Assembly (NCBI GenBank): GCA_021831125.1
Contig: JAKBNI010000001.1
Coordinates: 13,659 to 77,658 of the forward strand
Length of the DNA: 64,000 nucleotides
Direction of reading: 5' to 3'
From: Actinomycetes bacterium
GTDB taxonomy: Bacteria > Actinomycetota > Acidimicrobiia > Acidimicrobiales > RAAP-2
Numbering within the stretch: the first letter of the stretch is position 1; every line of letters starts with the position of its first letter. The notes beneath the pieces were generated by a model. The model had not been told where the DNA came from and made no database searches. It saw only the letters and a program-made list of their open reading frames with translations. Positions 19,455 through 28,414 of the stretch are shown in pieces. The position numbers were made by a program, and so were the translations under genes.

Positions 19455-20675
19455 GTGATCGCTTCGTCGAGGGTTGCCAGGGCGCGCGCGGCGGCCCTGG
19501 CCGTCGTGCTCGGTGTGGCGGGCGTGCTCACTCTCGCGGGTCCGGCCGAGGGCGCCGCGGGTTGGCACCTCCTGCCCACCGTGCGAACCGCCGGTCGCCT
19601 CTACGGCCAGCCGGCCTGTCCGACGGTCACCCGGTGCGCGGTGATCGTGAACGACCGGGGCCACGCGGGGGTGGTGGTCTCCTCCAACGAGGGCCGGACG
19701 TGGCGGACGTCGTCGGTCGCCGGGGCGCCGAGCGGCCTGGAGGCGCTGGCGTGCCCGACGGTGACGCTGTGCCTGGCCGTCGGCTACCGGGGGTCGCTCG
19801 TCGCAGACTCGACCATGGTGATCGAGCGCTCGAACGACGGAGGGACGTCCTTCGCTCCGGTGGCGCTGCCCCCGACGCTGTCGGGTTCGGGCCGCGGCGA
19901 CCAGCTCGAGGCGCTGGCCTGCGCGTCGGCGACCTCGTGCGTCGCCTCGGGCCAGGCCACCGAGACCGGGCCGTCGCCGGGGTGCACCCCGCCCACCTGC
20001 ACCACCACCCAGCCCTACGTGACCTTCGGATCCGTGGTGCTCGCCACCTCCGACGGTGGGCTGACCTGGAGCGCGGCGCCCGCGTCGGGGGTGTTCGCCC
20101 AGGCCTACGCGGCGACCTGTCCGAGCACGGGAGCGTGTCAGCTGGTCGGCATCGCGCTCAGCGCCTGTAGTCCGAGCGGCTCGGGCGGGTCGCGCTGCGG
20201 GGCCGCCGGGGCGGCGTTCTCGGTCACACCCGGCGCGTCGAGTGCTGCACCGGCATGGGTCACCGAGAAGATCCCCGGGGGCGTCTTCGCCCTGAACGGA
20301 GTGTCCTGTCCGGATGCGACGACGTGCGTCGCCGTCGGTCAGTCGGCCGATAGCACCCTGGGCCATGGCGTGGTTCTCCGAACCGAGGACGGGGGCGCCA
20401 CGTGGCGGTCGCAGCCCCCGCCCGGTGGTACCAGGGGCCTGATGGCGGTCGACTGCCCCTCCAGCCGCGTCTGCCTGGCGGCGGGGGGGCTCGGTGGGGG
20501 CGACGAGGCGGCCGTCTTCGCCACCGCCAACGGGGGCGCCTCGTGGCGCGTCGCCGCGCGAATCCCGGGACTCAGCGGCGTCGAGCGCATGACGTGCGTC
20601 GGTGCCGGTTTCTGCCTGGCGGCGGGGACTGTGGGGATTGGGCCCGGCGAGTACGGGGTGCTCCTCGCCAACTGA
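19455..20675 (+). CDS. secreted Cys-rich BNR/Asp-box repeat beta-propeller protein
   Basis: Signal peptide; five Asp boxes (SNEGRTW, SNDGGTSF, SDGGLTW, EDGGATW, ANGGASW) alternating with C-P-x4-C units. Confidence 0.85.
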   Translation: MIASSRVARARAAALAVVLGVAGVLTLAGPAEGAAGWHLLPTVRTAGRLYGQPACPTVTRCAVIVNDRGHAGVVVSSNEGRTWRTSSVAGAPSGLEALACPTVTLCLAVGYRGSLVADSTMVIERSNDGGTSFAPVALPPTLSGSGRGDQLEALACASATSCVASGQATETGPSPGCTPPTCTTTQPYVTFGSVVLATSDGGLTWSAAPASGVFAQAYAATCPSTGACQLVGIALSACSPSGSGGSRCGAAGAAFSVTPGASSAAPAWVTEKIPGGVFALNGVSCPDATTCVAVGQSADSTLGHGVVLRTEDGGATWRSQPPPGGTRGLMAVDCPSSRVCLAAGGLGGGDEAAVFATANGGASWRVAARIPGLSGVERMTCVGAGFCLAAGTVGIGPGEYGVLLAN

Positions 20676-20704
20676 GCTCGCGAGCGCCCGTGGGGCCGGG
20701 CGGG

Positions 20705-21205
20705 TCAGCGGATGCTCGAGTGGCGCAGCCGACGGCGTCGGCGCACGACGTGGACGACGGCGTAGATCGTGAGCACGACCGCGGCGAGCTTGTGCCACTG
20801 GACGAGCCCCGGCGGGAACCCGAGGGAGCCGAAGAGCGGCAGGTCGTTCGTGTGGTGGGTGAGGCCGTCCACGAGGCCCGAGACCAGCACGTCGAGCACG
20901 AGCAGCTCCAGCACGGCGTCGGAGAGGGCGAGTCGACGACCCCTCCCGGCTCGGGCGCCCGACGCACCCCACTGGCGTACCAGGGAGGCGATCGTGCGAC
21001 GGCGCTGGGCGAAGTGCGCGAGCAGGGTGAGCATGAAGACGACGCCGATCACGACGTGGACCGTGATGCTATGGCTGAGCCAGATGAGCGAGACCAGTGA
21101 GCCGGCGTACGACACCATCAAGGCGAGGTGCACGTACCAGCGCCGCCGCTGCGACCCCGTGGTGGCGGACGAGCCTGTGGCGCTCGCGGTGGCTGCCTCT
21201 CGCAT
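20705..21205 (-). CDS. His-rich 4-TM membrane protein (DUF4405 / cytochrome b-like)
   Basis: Four hydrophobic helices with His pairs H-x13-H (HVVIG...AHF; WHKL...VHV); family call is inference. Confidence 0.65.
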   Translation of the reverse strand: MREAATASATGSSATTGSQRRRWYVHLALMVSYAGSLVSLIWLSHSITVHVVIGVVFMLTLLAHFAQRRRTIASLVRQWGASGARAGRGRRLALSDAVLELLVLDVLVSGLVDGLTHHTNDLPLFGSLGFPPGLVQWHKLAAVVLTIYAVVHVVRRRRRLRHSSIR

Positions 21206-21249
21206 CGAGGCGACGCTACGGCGCGGTGGTTCGGTACGCGCGCCTCGCA

Positions 21250-21474
21250 CCTCGGGGCGAACCCCGAGGACGGCTCCGGGCGACCCCGAGGGATCGGCGT
21301 ACGTCGTCGAGGGGGTGACGTCCCCTCACGCCGTCAGGACCTAAGTCACGAGCCGAGCGTGCAAGGGGCTCGTGGCCCAACACCTGACCTTTATCCCTAC
21401 GGGACCGCAGGCGGGCGCCGGGAGACTGACCACGGCCCGAAACATAAGAGCCAGATAAGTGAGGAAAGCACAGA
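21250..21474. promoter_or_regulatory. structured divergent intergenic region / candidate cis-regulatory RNA
   Basis: Hairpins CCTCGGGG/CCCCGAGG and GAGGGG/CCCCTC; GTCAGG...CCTGAC enclosing GTCACGAGCC/GGCTCGTGGC; ATAAG direct repeat at 11-nt spacing. Confidence 0.4.
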
Positions 21475-22050
21475 ATGAAAGCCTCCCCAGCCAGCAAACT
21501 CCTCGCCGCGGCCGCCCTCGTGGGGTCCGTGGGTCTCGTGGCGGCCGCCGCGGGCGCCAGCGTGACCCCCACCTCGGCGCACGCCACGCCGCGCGCCGAG
21601 GCCAAGCCCCACGTGGTCGCCTTCCGTGCGACCTACCACGGCACGATGTCGCTGCTCTGGAGCAGTTCGTCGGTCAAGGTGACCTCCCTCGTGGGCACCG
21701 GCACCATCCCCGGCGTGGGGGCGAGCACCCTCAGGGGCACCGGGATCTCGTCGCCGTCGAGCACCTGTGACCCGTTCTCGGGCACCGGCTCGATCACGAG
21801 CGCGAAGGGCGCCCTCGTCCTACGGGTGGTCGAGTCGGCCAAGCAGTCCGCCTGCGCGTCGGGCAGCGCCGCTCCCACCACCGTGACCGTGAAGGGCGTC
21901 GCGACGGTCCTCACCGGTCGGGGGATCTACCTCGCCGCCAAGGGGAGCCTCGCGATCAGCGGCTCCTTCTCGATCCAGTCCACGGCCGCGGGGTCGCACG
22001 AGAGCGACCAGTTCACCGCGACCCTCGTCGGCAAACTCACCGTCAAGTGA
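21475..22050 (+). CDS. secreted hypothetical beta-rich protein
   Basis: Signal peptide, GAGGAAAG RBS, Ser/Thr/Gly-rich, two Cys. Confidence 0.8.
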   Translation: MKASPASKLLAAAALVGSVGLVAAAAGASVTPTSAHATPRAEAKPHVVAFRATYHGTMSLLWSSSSVKVTSLVGTGTIPGVGASTLRGTGISSPSSTCDPFSGTGSITSAKGALVLRVVESAKQSACASGSAAPTTVTVKGVATVLTGRGIYLAAKGSLAISGSFSIQSTAAGSHESDQFTATLVGKLTVK

Positions 22051-22076
22051 CGACGGTGGAAGGAGAAAGGCACAAC

Positions 22077-22736
22077 ATGAGGAGAATCATAGGGAGCGCC
22101 CTGGCGGGCGCCTTCTGCCTGGGGTCGGTGGTGCTCGTGGGGACGGGCTCAGCCGGGGCCCAGGACACGACGACCACCACCACGACCGCACCGACGACGA
22201 CCACCACGGCCGCCCCGTACGTGAGCGGCAACAAGTTCATGGCGGTGAACGTGGACACGGTGGTGGGCTCGGGCAGCCCGACGGGGTCGGTGACCTCGGG
22301 CGGGTGCGGCCTCGAGAACGTCTTCGGCCAGGGGGCGACCGTGGTCTTCCGGATGTGGGGCATCGCCAACGCCACCGGCCAGCCGCTCGTCGCCTCGAAC
22401 GTGAAGAGCGTCGTCATCCAGGACCTGCCCGGGGTGACCACGCCCCCGGCGATGGCCTACGCGCCCCGTGACGGGTACTGGACCTACGGCTGGAAGACCT
22501 CGTCCGCCACGCCGATCGGCGTGGTGCCCTTCAAGGTCGTCGTGACCCTCAACCCGATCGGAGCCGTCTACAAGACGGTGCGGGTGGCCTACAAGGCCAA
22601 GGTCAACGGCGTGACCAAGACGCTGCGCAAGAGCGTGAAGGTCCTCGTCTCGGCCAAGGTGCCCGCGGCCAGCTTCACCTTCACCCAGACCGGCCAGGCC
22701 GCGACGTCCCAGCTCACGATCCAGCAGTCCGTCTAG
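22077..22736 (+). CDS. secreted hypothetical protein with poly-Thr linker
   Basis: Signal peptide (SAGA|Q), TTTTTTT linker, AAGGAG RBS; DTVVGS...GCGLENVF..GATVVFR core. Confidence 0.8.
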   Translation: MRRIIGSALAGAFCLGSVVLVGTGSAGAQDTTTTTTTAPTTTTTAAPYVSGNKFMAVNVDTVVGSGSPTGSVTSGGCGLENVFGQGATVVFRMWGIANATGQPLVASNVKSVVIQDLPGVTTPPAMAYAPRDGYWTYGWKTSSATPIGVVPFKVVVTLNPIGAVYKTVRVAYKAKVNGVTKTLRKSVKVLVSAKVPAASFTFTQTGQAATSQLTIQQSV

Positions 22737-22769
22737 TCCCGCAGTCGCCGTACGCGCTGTACCGCTGTC

Positions 22770-22808
22770 CCCGGGTCCGGGCCGTCCCCGGACGGGTCCG
22801 GACCCGGG
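22770..22808 (+). terminator. strong intercistronic hairpin (terminator or mRNA stabiliser)
   Basis: CCCGGGTCCGG / CCGGACCCGGG arms plus inner CCGTC/GACGG; no U-tract. Confidence 0.5.
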
Positions 22809-22842
22809 TGACGCGCCCGAGGCACCACCCAAGGAGAGAACC

Positions 22843-24639
22843 ATGAAGATCGCACACGGGTCGACCCGGTGGGGCCGGGCGCTCGCCGCCCTCACCGCGC
22901 TCACGCTGCCGGCCACGTTGCTCGTGGCGAGCGGGCCGGGCGGGGCCTCGCCCACCGCGCTGACGGCCCCCCAGGCCTCGGCCGCCCAGGTGGCCGAGGC
23001 TCCGAACGCCGACGCCCTCACCGCGCCGGCCAACCTGCCCGCGGTCGCGGCGCTGCCCGGTCCGGTCAGCCCCGCCTTCACCCTGGGCAGCTCCCTCGGG
23101 GTCCTCACCACCCGGTCCTCGGGCGCCCAGTACGGGGTCTCGGGCTCGGGGACCGAGGGCCAGCCCCTCACCATCTCGGGCACCAAGCTCCCGGCCCACG
23201 CGAGCGTCGCCGTCGAGTGGTCGACCGCGAACGAGACCTGGGTCACCGACGTCGAGCCGGCGACGGTCAACTACCTCGGCACCGCGGTGAAGAACTTCAA
23301 CGTGACCCTCGGGACCGCGACGACCGACGCCGCGGGCTCGTTCACCTACACCACGACCGTCCCCGAGGACTTCGGGGGCCAGCACACGATCTACGCGGTC
23401 GTGCGGGGCCAGGAGGTCGCCCAGGGCGGCTTCACGACGATGCGCACCTTCACCATCTCGCCCACCCGCGGCCCGATCGGCACGATGATCCACGTGACCT
23501 ACACCGGCCTCGGGGCGACCGCCTACACGCTCGGCTCGGCGCTCGACTGGGACAACCACTTCGTCGGCGAGTTCCAGGCCGCGTGGACCCGGGGCACCGC
23601 GTCCTTCGACATCCGCGCCGCCGGTCCCGTCGGCCGCCACGTCCTCGAGACGGGGGCGGCCGTGGGCACGCTGTACATGAACTCCGACCAGTCGCCCATT
23701 CCCTACGCCAACCTGTTGAAGGCCTACTTCACCACGACCCCGGGCGGGTCCCTGCCCGCGACCCAGGTCGACTGGCCGGCGTCGGTCACCCCGACCGTGA
23801 GCCAGTTCACGACGGCCGCCTCCTCGGGCGTCGACCCCTCCAGCACGGCGACGGCCAGCCTGTCGAGCACGAGTGGACCCGTGGGCTCCAAGGTGACCGT
23901 CACCGCCACCGGCCTCTCGGGGACGGGCACCGATCAGCTGGTCTGGTCGTCGGTCGTGGGGAGCCGCGTCAACTGCCCCAACGGCGCCACCACCTGCTGG
24001 GCCTACGCCAGCACGCCGCTCGGCTCGGCCCCGGTCGCCAACGGCCAGCTGCGCGCGACGATCACCGTCCCGGTCACCACGGCCGGTGAGCCCGGGGCCG
24101 GGCTCGGCGGGTGGCACGTCATCCAGGTGGTGAGCGGCTCGGCCATCGAGGCGCAGACGCCCTACTACGTGAAAGAGAGCGTGGTCGTCTATCGCGGGGC
24201 GGGCGGACGGGTCCTCTCCGCCGGGGTCGCCGCGGCCGCCCCGGTCCCGACCGACGTCTCGAGCCCCACCCTGACCCAGGTGGCCGGCGTGGGCCGTCCG
24301 ACCTACACCTTCAAAGAGGGTGAGGAGTTCACCATCGCCCTCGACGGGGTGGGCTGGACCGAGATCGACAACACCCTCGCGGTCGACTACGACAACAGCC
24401 TGGTCGGCTACGGGTGCGGGTTCAACTCGAACGGCTACACCGCGATCCACCTCTACGCGACCGGTGGGCCCGGGGTGCACCTCATCGACCTGTACCCCGA
24501 GCTCTACACGCTGAACCCGAACTACGCGACGACGGCCTACGGCATGCTGCCGGTGCTCTCCTACGCCCGCGACTTCCCGGGGCTGGCCCTGGGCTACCAG
24601 GTGCCGGCCTTCCGCTTCGCCATCCGGATCGTCAAGTAG
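22843..24639 (+). CDS. large secreted protein with internally duplicated Ig/IPT-like modules
   Basis: Signal peptide, AAGGAG RBS; SPTRGPIGT..VT.TGL / SSTSGPVGS.VTVT.TGL repeats; four G-x-H motifs. Confidence 0.82.
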   Translation: MKIAHGSTRWGRALAALTALTLPATLLVASGPGGASPTALTAPQASAAQVAEAPNADALTAPANLPAVAALPGPVSPAFTLGSSLGVLTTRSSGAQYGVSGSGTEGQPLTISGTKLPAHASVAVEWSTANETWVTDVEPATVNYLGTAVKNFNVTLGTATTDAAGSFTYTTTVPEDFGGQHTIYAVVRGQEVAQGGFTTMRTFTISPTRGPIGTMIHVTYTGLGATAYTLGSALDWDNHFVGEFQAAWTRGTASFDIRAAGPVGRHVLETGAAVGTLYMNSDQSPIPYANLLKAYFTTTPGGSLPATQVDWPASVTPTVSQFTTAASSGVDPSSTATASLSSTSGPVGSKVTVTATGLSGTGTDQLVWSSVVGSRVNCPNGATTCWAYASTPLGSAPVANGQLRATITVPVTTAGEPGAGLGGWHVIQVVSGSAIEAQTPYYVKESVVVYRGAGGRVLSAGVAAAAPVPTDVSSPTLTQVAGVGRPTYTFKEGEEFTIALDGVGWTEIDNTLAVDYDNSLVGYGCGFNSNGYTAIHLYATGGPGVHLIDLYPELYTLNPNYATTAYGMLPVLSYARDFPGLALGYQVPAFRFAIRIVK

Positions 24640-26749
24640 ACGACCCCCGTCCGGCTCCCGGGCCGCCCGGATCCTTCAGGGCGCCCGGGGGGAGGGACGC
24701 GCTCTCGCGGGCGAACGCGCGTCGCCCGAGGAGTCCGAGGACGCTCGGCAGGGCGACGCCGCGCACCACCACCACGTCGAGCAGCACGCCCGCGGCGAGG
24801 CCCAGCCCCAACTCGCGAAGACCGGTGACCCGACCGACGACGAGGCCCGCGAGCGCCCCCACCATGACCAGGGCGGCGGCGCTCACCACGGAGCCGGTGC
24901 GCTCGAGCGCCTCGACCACGGCGGCGTCGGGGTCGGGCCGGTCCGCGAACGCCTCGCGAGCACGCGCGAGGATGAAGACCTGGTAGTCGGTGGACAGACC
25001 GAGGAGCAGGGCGAAGAGGAAGACCGGGACCCACCCCTCGACCTGGACGGAGCCGGGCGCCATCGCGACCCCGAGGCGCACCACCGCGACGGTGATCCCC
25101 AGGGCGACCGCCTGGCTGAGGAGCGCGAGGGCCCCCGAGAGCAGGGCGAGGACCCACGACGACAAAGCCAGGCCGACGAGTAGCGACGTGGCGACCAGGG
25201 CGACCAGCGCGACGAGGGGAGCGGCGGCGTAGACGCGCGAGAGGAAGTCGACGCCCTGGGCCGGCGCCCCGCCGACCGCCACGGTGGTGCCGGCGGGGAA
25301 GCGGGACGAGGGAACAAGGCGGGTGCGTACGCGTGCGACGAGTGCCTGAGCGGCCGGCGAGCCGAAGGCGTCGCGCGCGATGACGTCGACCTGGGCGAAG
25401 CGCCCCGCGTCGGCGGCGAAGGGCGCGGTGTCGCCCACGGCCGCGATCTCCACCTCGGGGTCACGCGAGAGGGACGTCGCCAGGCGGAGCCGGGCGGCGG
25501 CTTCGCCCGCGACGGCGTCGCCGTGGGCGCGGTGGGTGTCGATCACCACGACGAGCGGGGTGGGGACGCCGGGGCCCAGCCGCGCGCTCACCAGGTCGAG
25601 GGCGCGCACCGAGGGCATGGACGACGGCAGCGAGGCGATCGTGAGGGGCGTGAGGCGCAGCCCGAGCAACGGGCTGGCGAGCGCGCTCACCACCACGAGC
25701 GACCCGGTGAGGGCGAGACGGCGCCGGGCGAGGACCACCCGCGCGAGACGCCCCCACACGCCCCGGCGCGCCCGCGGGGCGCGCGCCCGCGGGCGCACCA
25801 GTGAGAGCAGCGCCGGGGCGAGGCTGAGCGACGAGGCGACCGCGACGAGGGCGACGACGAGCCCCGCGATTCCGAGCGAGCGCACGAAGCCGACGGGCTC
25901 GACCAGCAGGGCCGCGAGACCGGTCGCCACCACGAGGCCGGAGAGGACGACGGTACGCCCGGCGCTGCCCATGGTCGCCACGAGCGCCGCGGGGGGCGCG
26001 GCGCCCCGGCCGGTCTCCTCACGGAGTCGACCCACGAGCAACAAGGCGTAGTCGACCGCGAGACCCAGTCCGACCAGCTCCACGAGATTCGGTGCGTAGA
26101 GCGAGATCGTGAGGTAGCGCGCGAGCAGCTCCAGCGCCGCGAGCGACGTCCCGACGGTGGCGAGGGCGAGGGCGAAGGGCACGAACAGAGCCCCCGTGAG
26201 CCCGAGGGTGAGCGCGAGCACCACGACGGCCGCGCTGAGCGCGACGACGAGCCCCCGCGCGAGGTCGGCGCGCAGGACCGGCCCGAGGTCGCTCTGGAGG
26301 GCCGGAGGCCCGGTCAGGAGGGCACCGCGGGGCCCCTCGAGCGCGAGACGGTGGCGCAGGGTGCCCGTGAGGGCGCTCGCGCGCGTGAGCGTGAGCGGCG
26401 TGCTCACCACCGCGTACCACACCCCGCCGACGGCCTGGCTCTCGACGACCCGGGCGCGCGCGACCCCCGCGAACGCGTGCGCCACAGCGACGCGTAGCGC
26501 CCGCTCGCGCGCCGGATCGAGCCGGCGACGGGCCACCACGACCGTGAAGGACCCGTCGACGTTCTCGTGGAAGGCGCGCGCGAGCATCGCGTCGGCGCGA
26601 GAGCTGGGCGTCCCCGGGACGTCGAGCGACGTCGAGAGCCGCTCCGAGAGCGAGCCGGCGCCCATCACCCCAAGGACCGCGACGGCGGCCCAGAGCACGA
26701 GCACGGCCGCGCGGACGCGCACGACGGCGCGGACCCAGCCCTCGGACAC
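24632..26749 (-). CDS. MMPL family (RND superfamily) transporter
   Basis: GLGLAVDYALLLVGRLREE, AGRTVVLSG, GLSTDYQVFILARARE; duplicated TM bundle; -10 TACACT 6 nt before GTG 26749. Confidence 0.92.
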   Translation of the reverse strand: MSEGWVRAVVRVRAAVLVLWAAVAVLGVMGAGSLSERLSTSLDVPGTPSSRADAMLARAFHENVDGSFTVVVARRRLDPARERALRVAVAHAFAGVARARVVESQAVGGVWYAVVSTPLTLTRASALTGTLRHRLALEGPRGALLTGPPALQSDLGPVLRADLARGLVVALSAAVVVLALTLGLTGALFVPFALALATVGTSLAALELLARYLTISLYAPNLVELVGLGLAVDYALLLVGRLREETGRGAAPPAALVATMGSAGRTVVLSGLVVATGLAALLVEPVGFVRSLGIAGLVVALVAVASSLSLAPALLSLVRPRARAPRARRGVWGRLARVVLARRRLALTGSLVVVSALASPLLGLRLTPLTIASLPSSMPSVRALDLVSARLGPGVPTPLVVVIDTHRAHGDAVAGEAAARLRLATSLSRDPEVEIAAVGDTAPFAADAGRFAQVDVIARDAFGSPAAQALVARVRTRLVPSSRFPAGTTVAVGGAPAQGVDFLSRVYAAAPLVALVALVATSLLVGLALSSWVLALLSGALALLSQAVALGITVAVVRLGVAMAPGSVQVEGWVPVFLFALLLGLSTDYQVFILARAREAFADRPDPDAAVVEALERTGSVVSAAALVMVGALAGLVVGRVTGLRELGLGLAAGVLLDVVVVRGVALPSVLGLLGRRAFARESASLPPGALKDPGGPGAGRGSST

Positions 26750-26879
26750 CGGCGCAGTGTACGAGCCCCCGGCGCCCTCGACGGGGGACCGAAGGTCCCA
26801 CCGGGCGCGCACCGCGGCCATCCACCCCCTCGTCGTCCGACGTCGCTAGCCTGGTGGGAGCGGAGTTCTGGAGGTCACC

Positions 26880-27116
26880 ATGGCCGATCCTCGCGAGCCA
26901 ACGCCGATCCACTGGGCCGAGCGTGCGGGGCGCACGCGTCAGCCCGCGTCGGGCCCCTGCGGGTGCTCACGGCGCTCCTGCTGGCACCACAGCAACTGCC
27001 GCTCGACGGGGGTCGTGAGGGTCTATCGCGCCCCCCAGCCCGACCGGGAGTTCCCGCCGTCGGTGATCTTGTGCCGCGAGTGCGCGGCGCCGACTCAGCG
27101 CACCCGCGTGGCCTGA
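26880..27116 (+). CDS. small Cys/His-rich hypothetical protein (possible zinc finger)
   Basis: Strong GGAGGT RBS; CGC-x4-CWHH-x2-C ... LCREC. Confidence 0.55.
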   Translation: MADPREPTPIHWAERAGRTRQPASGPCGCSRRSCWHHSNCRSTGVVRVYRAPQPDREFPPSVILCRECAAPTQRTRVA

Positions 27117-27556
27117 GCCCAACGCGACCGGGGTGGCCCGGGGAGGCGCGACGTCACCCGCGGGCGGGCCGAGACGAGCGCGCGCGTCGCGCGCAAGATG
27201 ATCTCGACTTCGAGCGGCCCGTCCGTCGGCCGGGGTCCCTCGCCGGTGAGGACGCGCACGACGCCGTGACGGGCGCCGGGGTCGAGCACCTCGAGGGTCC
27301 CGGGCACGACCCGGCGCCGATCCAGCGTGCGCAGAGCCCGGGTCGCCGCCGCCTTCGCCGCGACGATGCGGGCGAGGGTCTCGGCGGGATCGTGCGCGCG
27401 CTCGAGGAGGGCCACCTCGCGCGGGGTGAGCACGCGCTCGTTGAACTCGTCCCGGCACTCCTCGAGGACGTGGCGCATGGCGGCGACCTCGACCCTCTCC
27501 TCCGAGGAGTCCCCACCGAACACGCCCACCCCCGGCTCGCCGCGCACTGCGACCAT
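27095..27556 (-). CDS. degenerate holo-ACP synthase (AcpS)-like protein
   Basis: VEVAAMRHVL...FNERVLTPREV...LARIVAAKAAATRAL follows the AcpS pattern, but GxD and KEA are altered. Confidence 0.55.
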   Translation of the reverse strand: MVAVRGEPGVGVFGGDSSEERVEVAAMRHVLEECRDEFNERVLTPREVALLERAHDPAETLARIVAAKAAATRALRTLDRRRVVPGTLEVLDPGARHGVVRVLTGEGPRPTDGPLEVEIILRATRALVSARPRVTSRLPGPPRSRWAQATRVR

Positions 27557-27621
27557 GCTCGCCGGCCCCCGTCGACGCCCGTAGGGGAGAAGGTCCCCTT
27601 CGCGCGGGGTGGGGTCGGGGG

Positions 27622-28311
27622 CTAGGTCGAGCGCGGGGGGTCGCCGGCGGGGCCGAGGTCCCGGTCGTGCATCTCCCAGGCGTGGTCGAGCACGTGGTAC
27701 GCGCTGTGGCGCACGAGGAAGGGCAGGGTCCAGGTGCGGGCACGTCGACCTTCGTCTCGGTGGTCCCGAACGGCCCTCCGGTACGCCTCTCGGTGGCGCG
27801 CGAGGGCCGCGGGGTCCGTGGCGAGGTCGCCGTCGGGGGTGACGGCGAGCTTGCGCGCCCAGTCCTGTTCGCACGAGAGCACGTGGGCGGCGATCGCCTC
27901 GCGGTCGCGTCCGCCCCCCCGGGGGCCCCTGCGCAGGCGGGCCGACACGCTCGTGCGCGCGTCGTCGAAGACGGCCCACGCGCCGGCGAGGATCTCGAGC
28001 GCGCGCTCGGTCTCCTCGGCCGACTGGGGGGCCTCGTCGAGGGCGCACGACGCGAAGGAGATGCCCCAGAAGTCGGTCGAGCCGGTGCCCGGATAGCGCG
28101 CCACGACCCGGACGGGTCCGGTCGAGGTGAACTCGCGCCCGCGGCCGGCGCGCCGCGCCACGAGCGCGTAGCGCTCGCGGTACTGCTCGAGACGCGCCAG
28201 CGCCTCCTCGGGCGTCGCCCCCCCTCGCTCGAGGCCCGGCCAGCGTGTCGCCCACGCGGCGACCTTGCGTCCCCGAGGCCCGAGCTCCACGGCCACGTCG
28301 AGAGTGCTCAC
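27622..28311 (-). CDS. conserved hypothetical protein (HicB-like N-terminus, DinB-like C-terminus)
   Basis: WPGLERGGATPEEAL; GPRGGGRD; IAAHV; HVLDHAWE metal-site-like motif. Confidence 0.7.
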   Translation of the reverse strand: MSTLDVAVELGPRGRKVAAWATRWPGLERGGATPEEALARLEQYRERYALVARRAGRGREFTSTGPVRVVARYPGTGSTDFWGISFASCALDEAPQSAEETERALEILAGAWAVFDDARTSVSARLRRGPRGGGRDREAIAAHVLSCEQDWARKLAVTPDGDLATDPAALARHREAYRRAVRDHRDEGRRARTWTLPFLVRHSAYHVLDHAWEMHDRDLGPAGDPPRST

Positions 28312-28414
28312 GGCTCCCCCTCTCGGGGCGATGCTAGCGAGTCGTCCGGGATCGGTCCCGGGGGCCGTGCTGCCTGAGGGCCGGGAGCGCGCGCCGTTGG
28401 CTAGGTTGGCCGAC

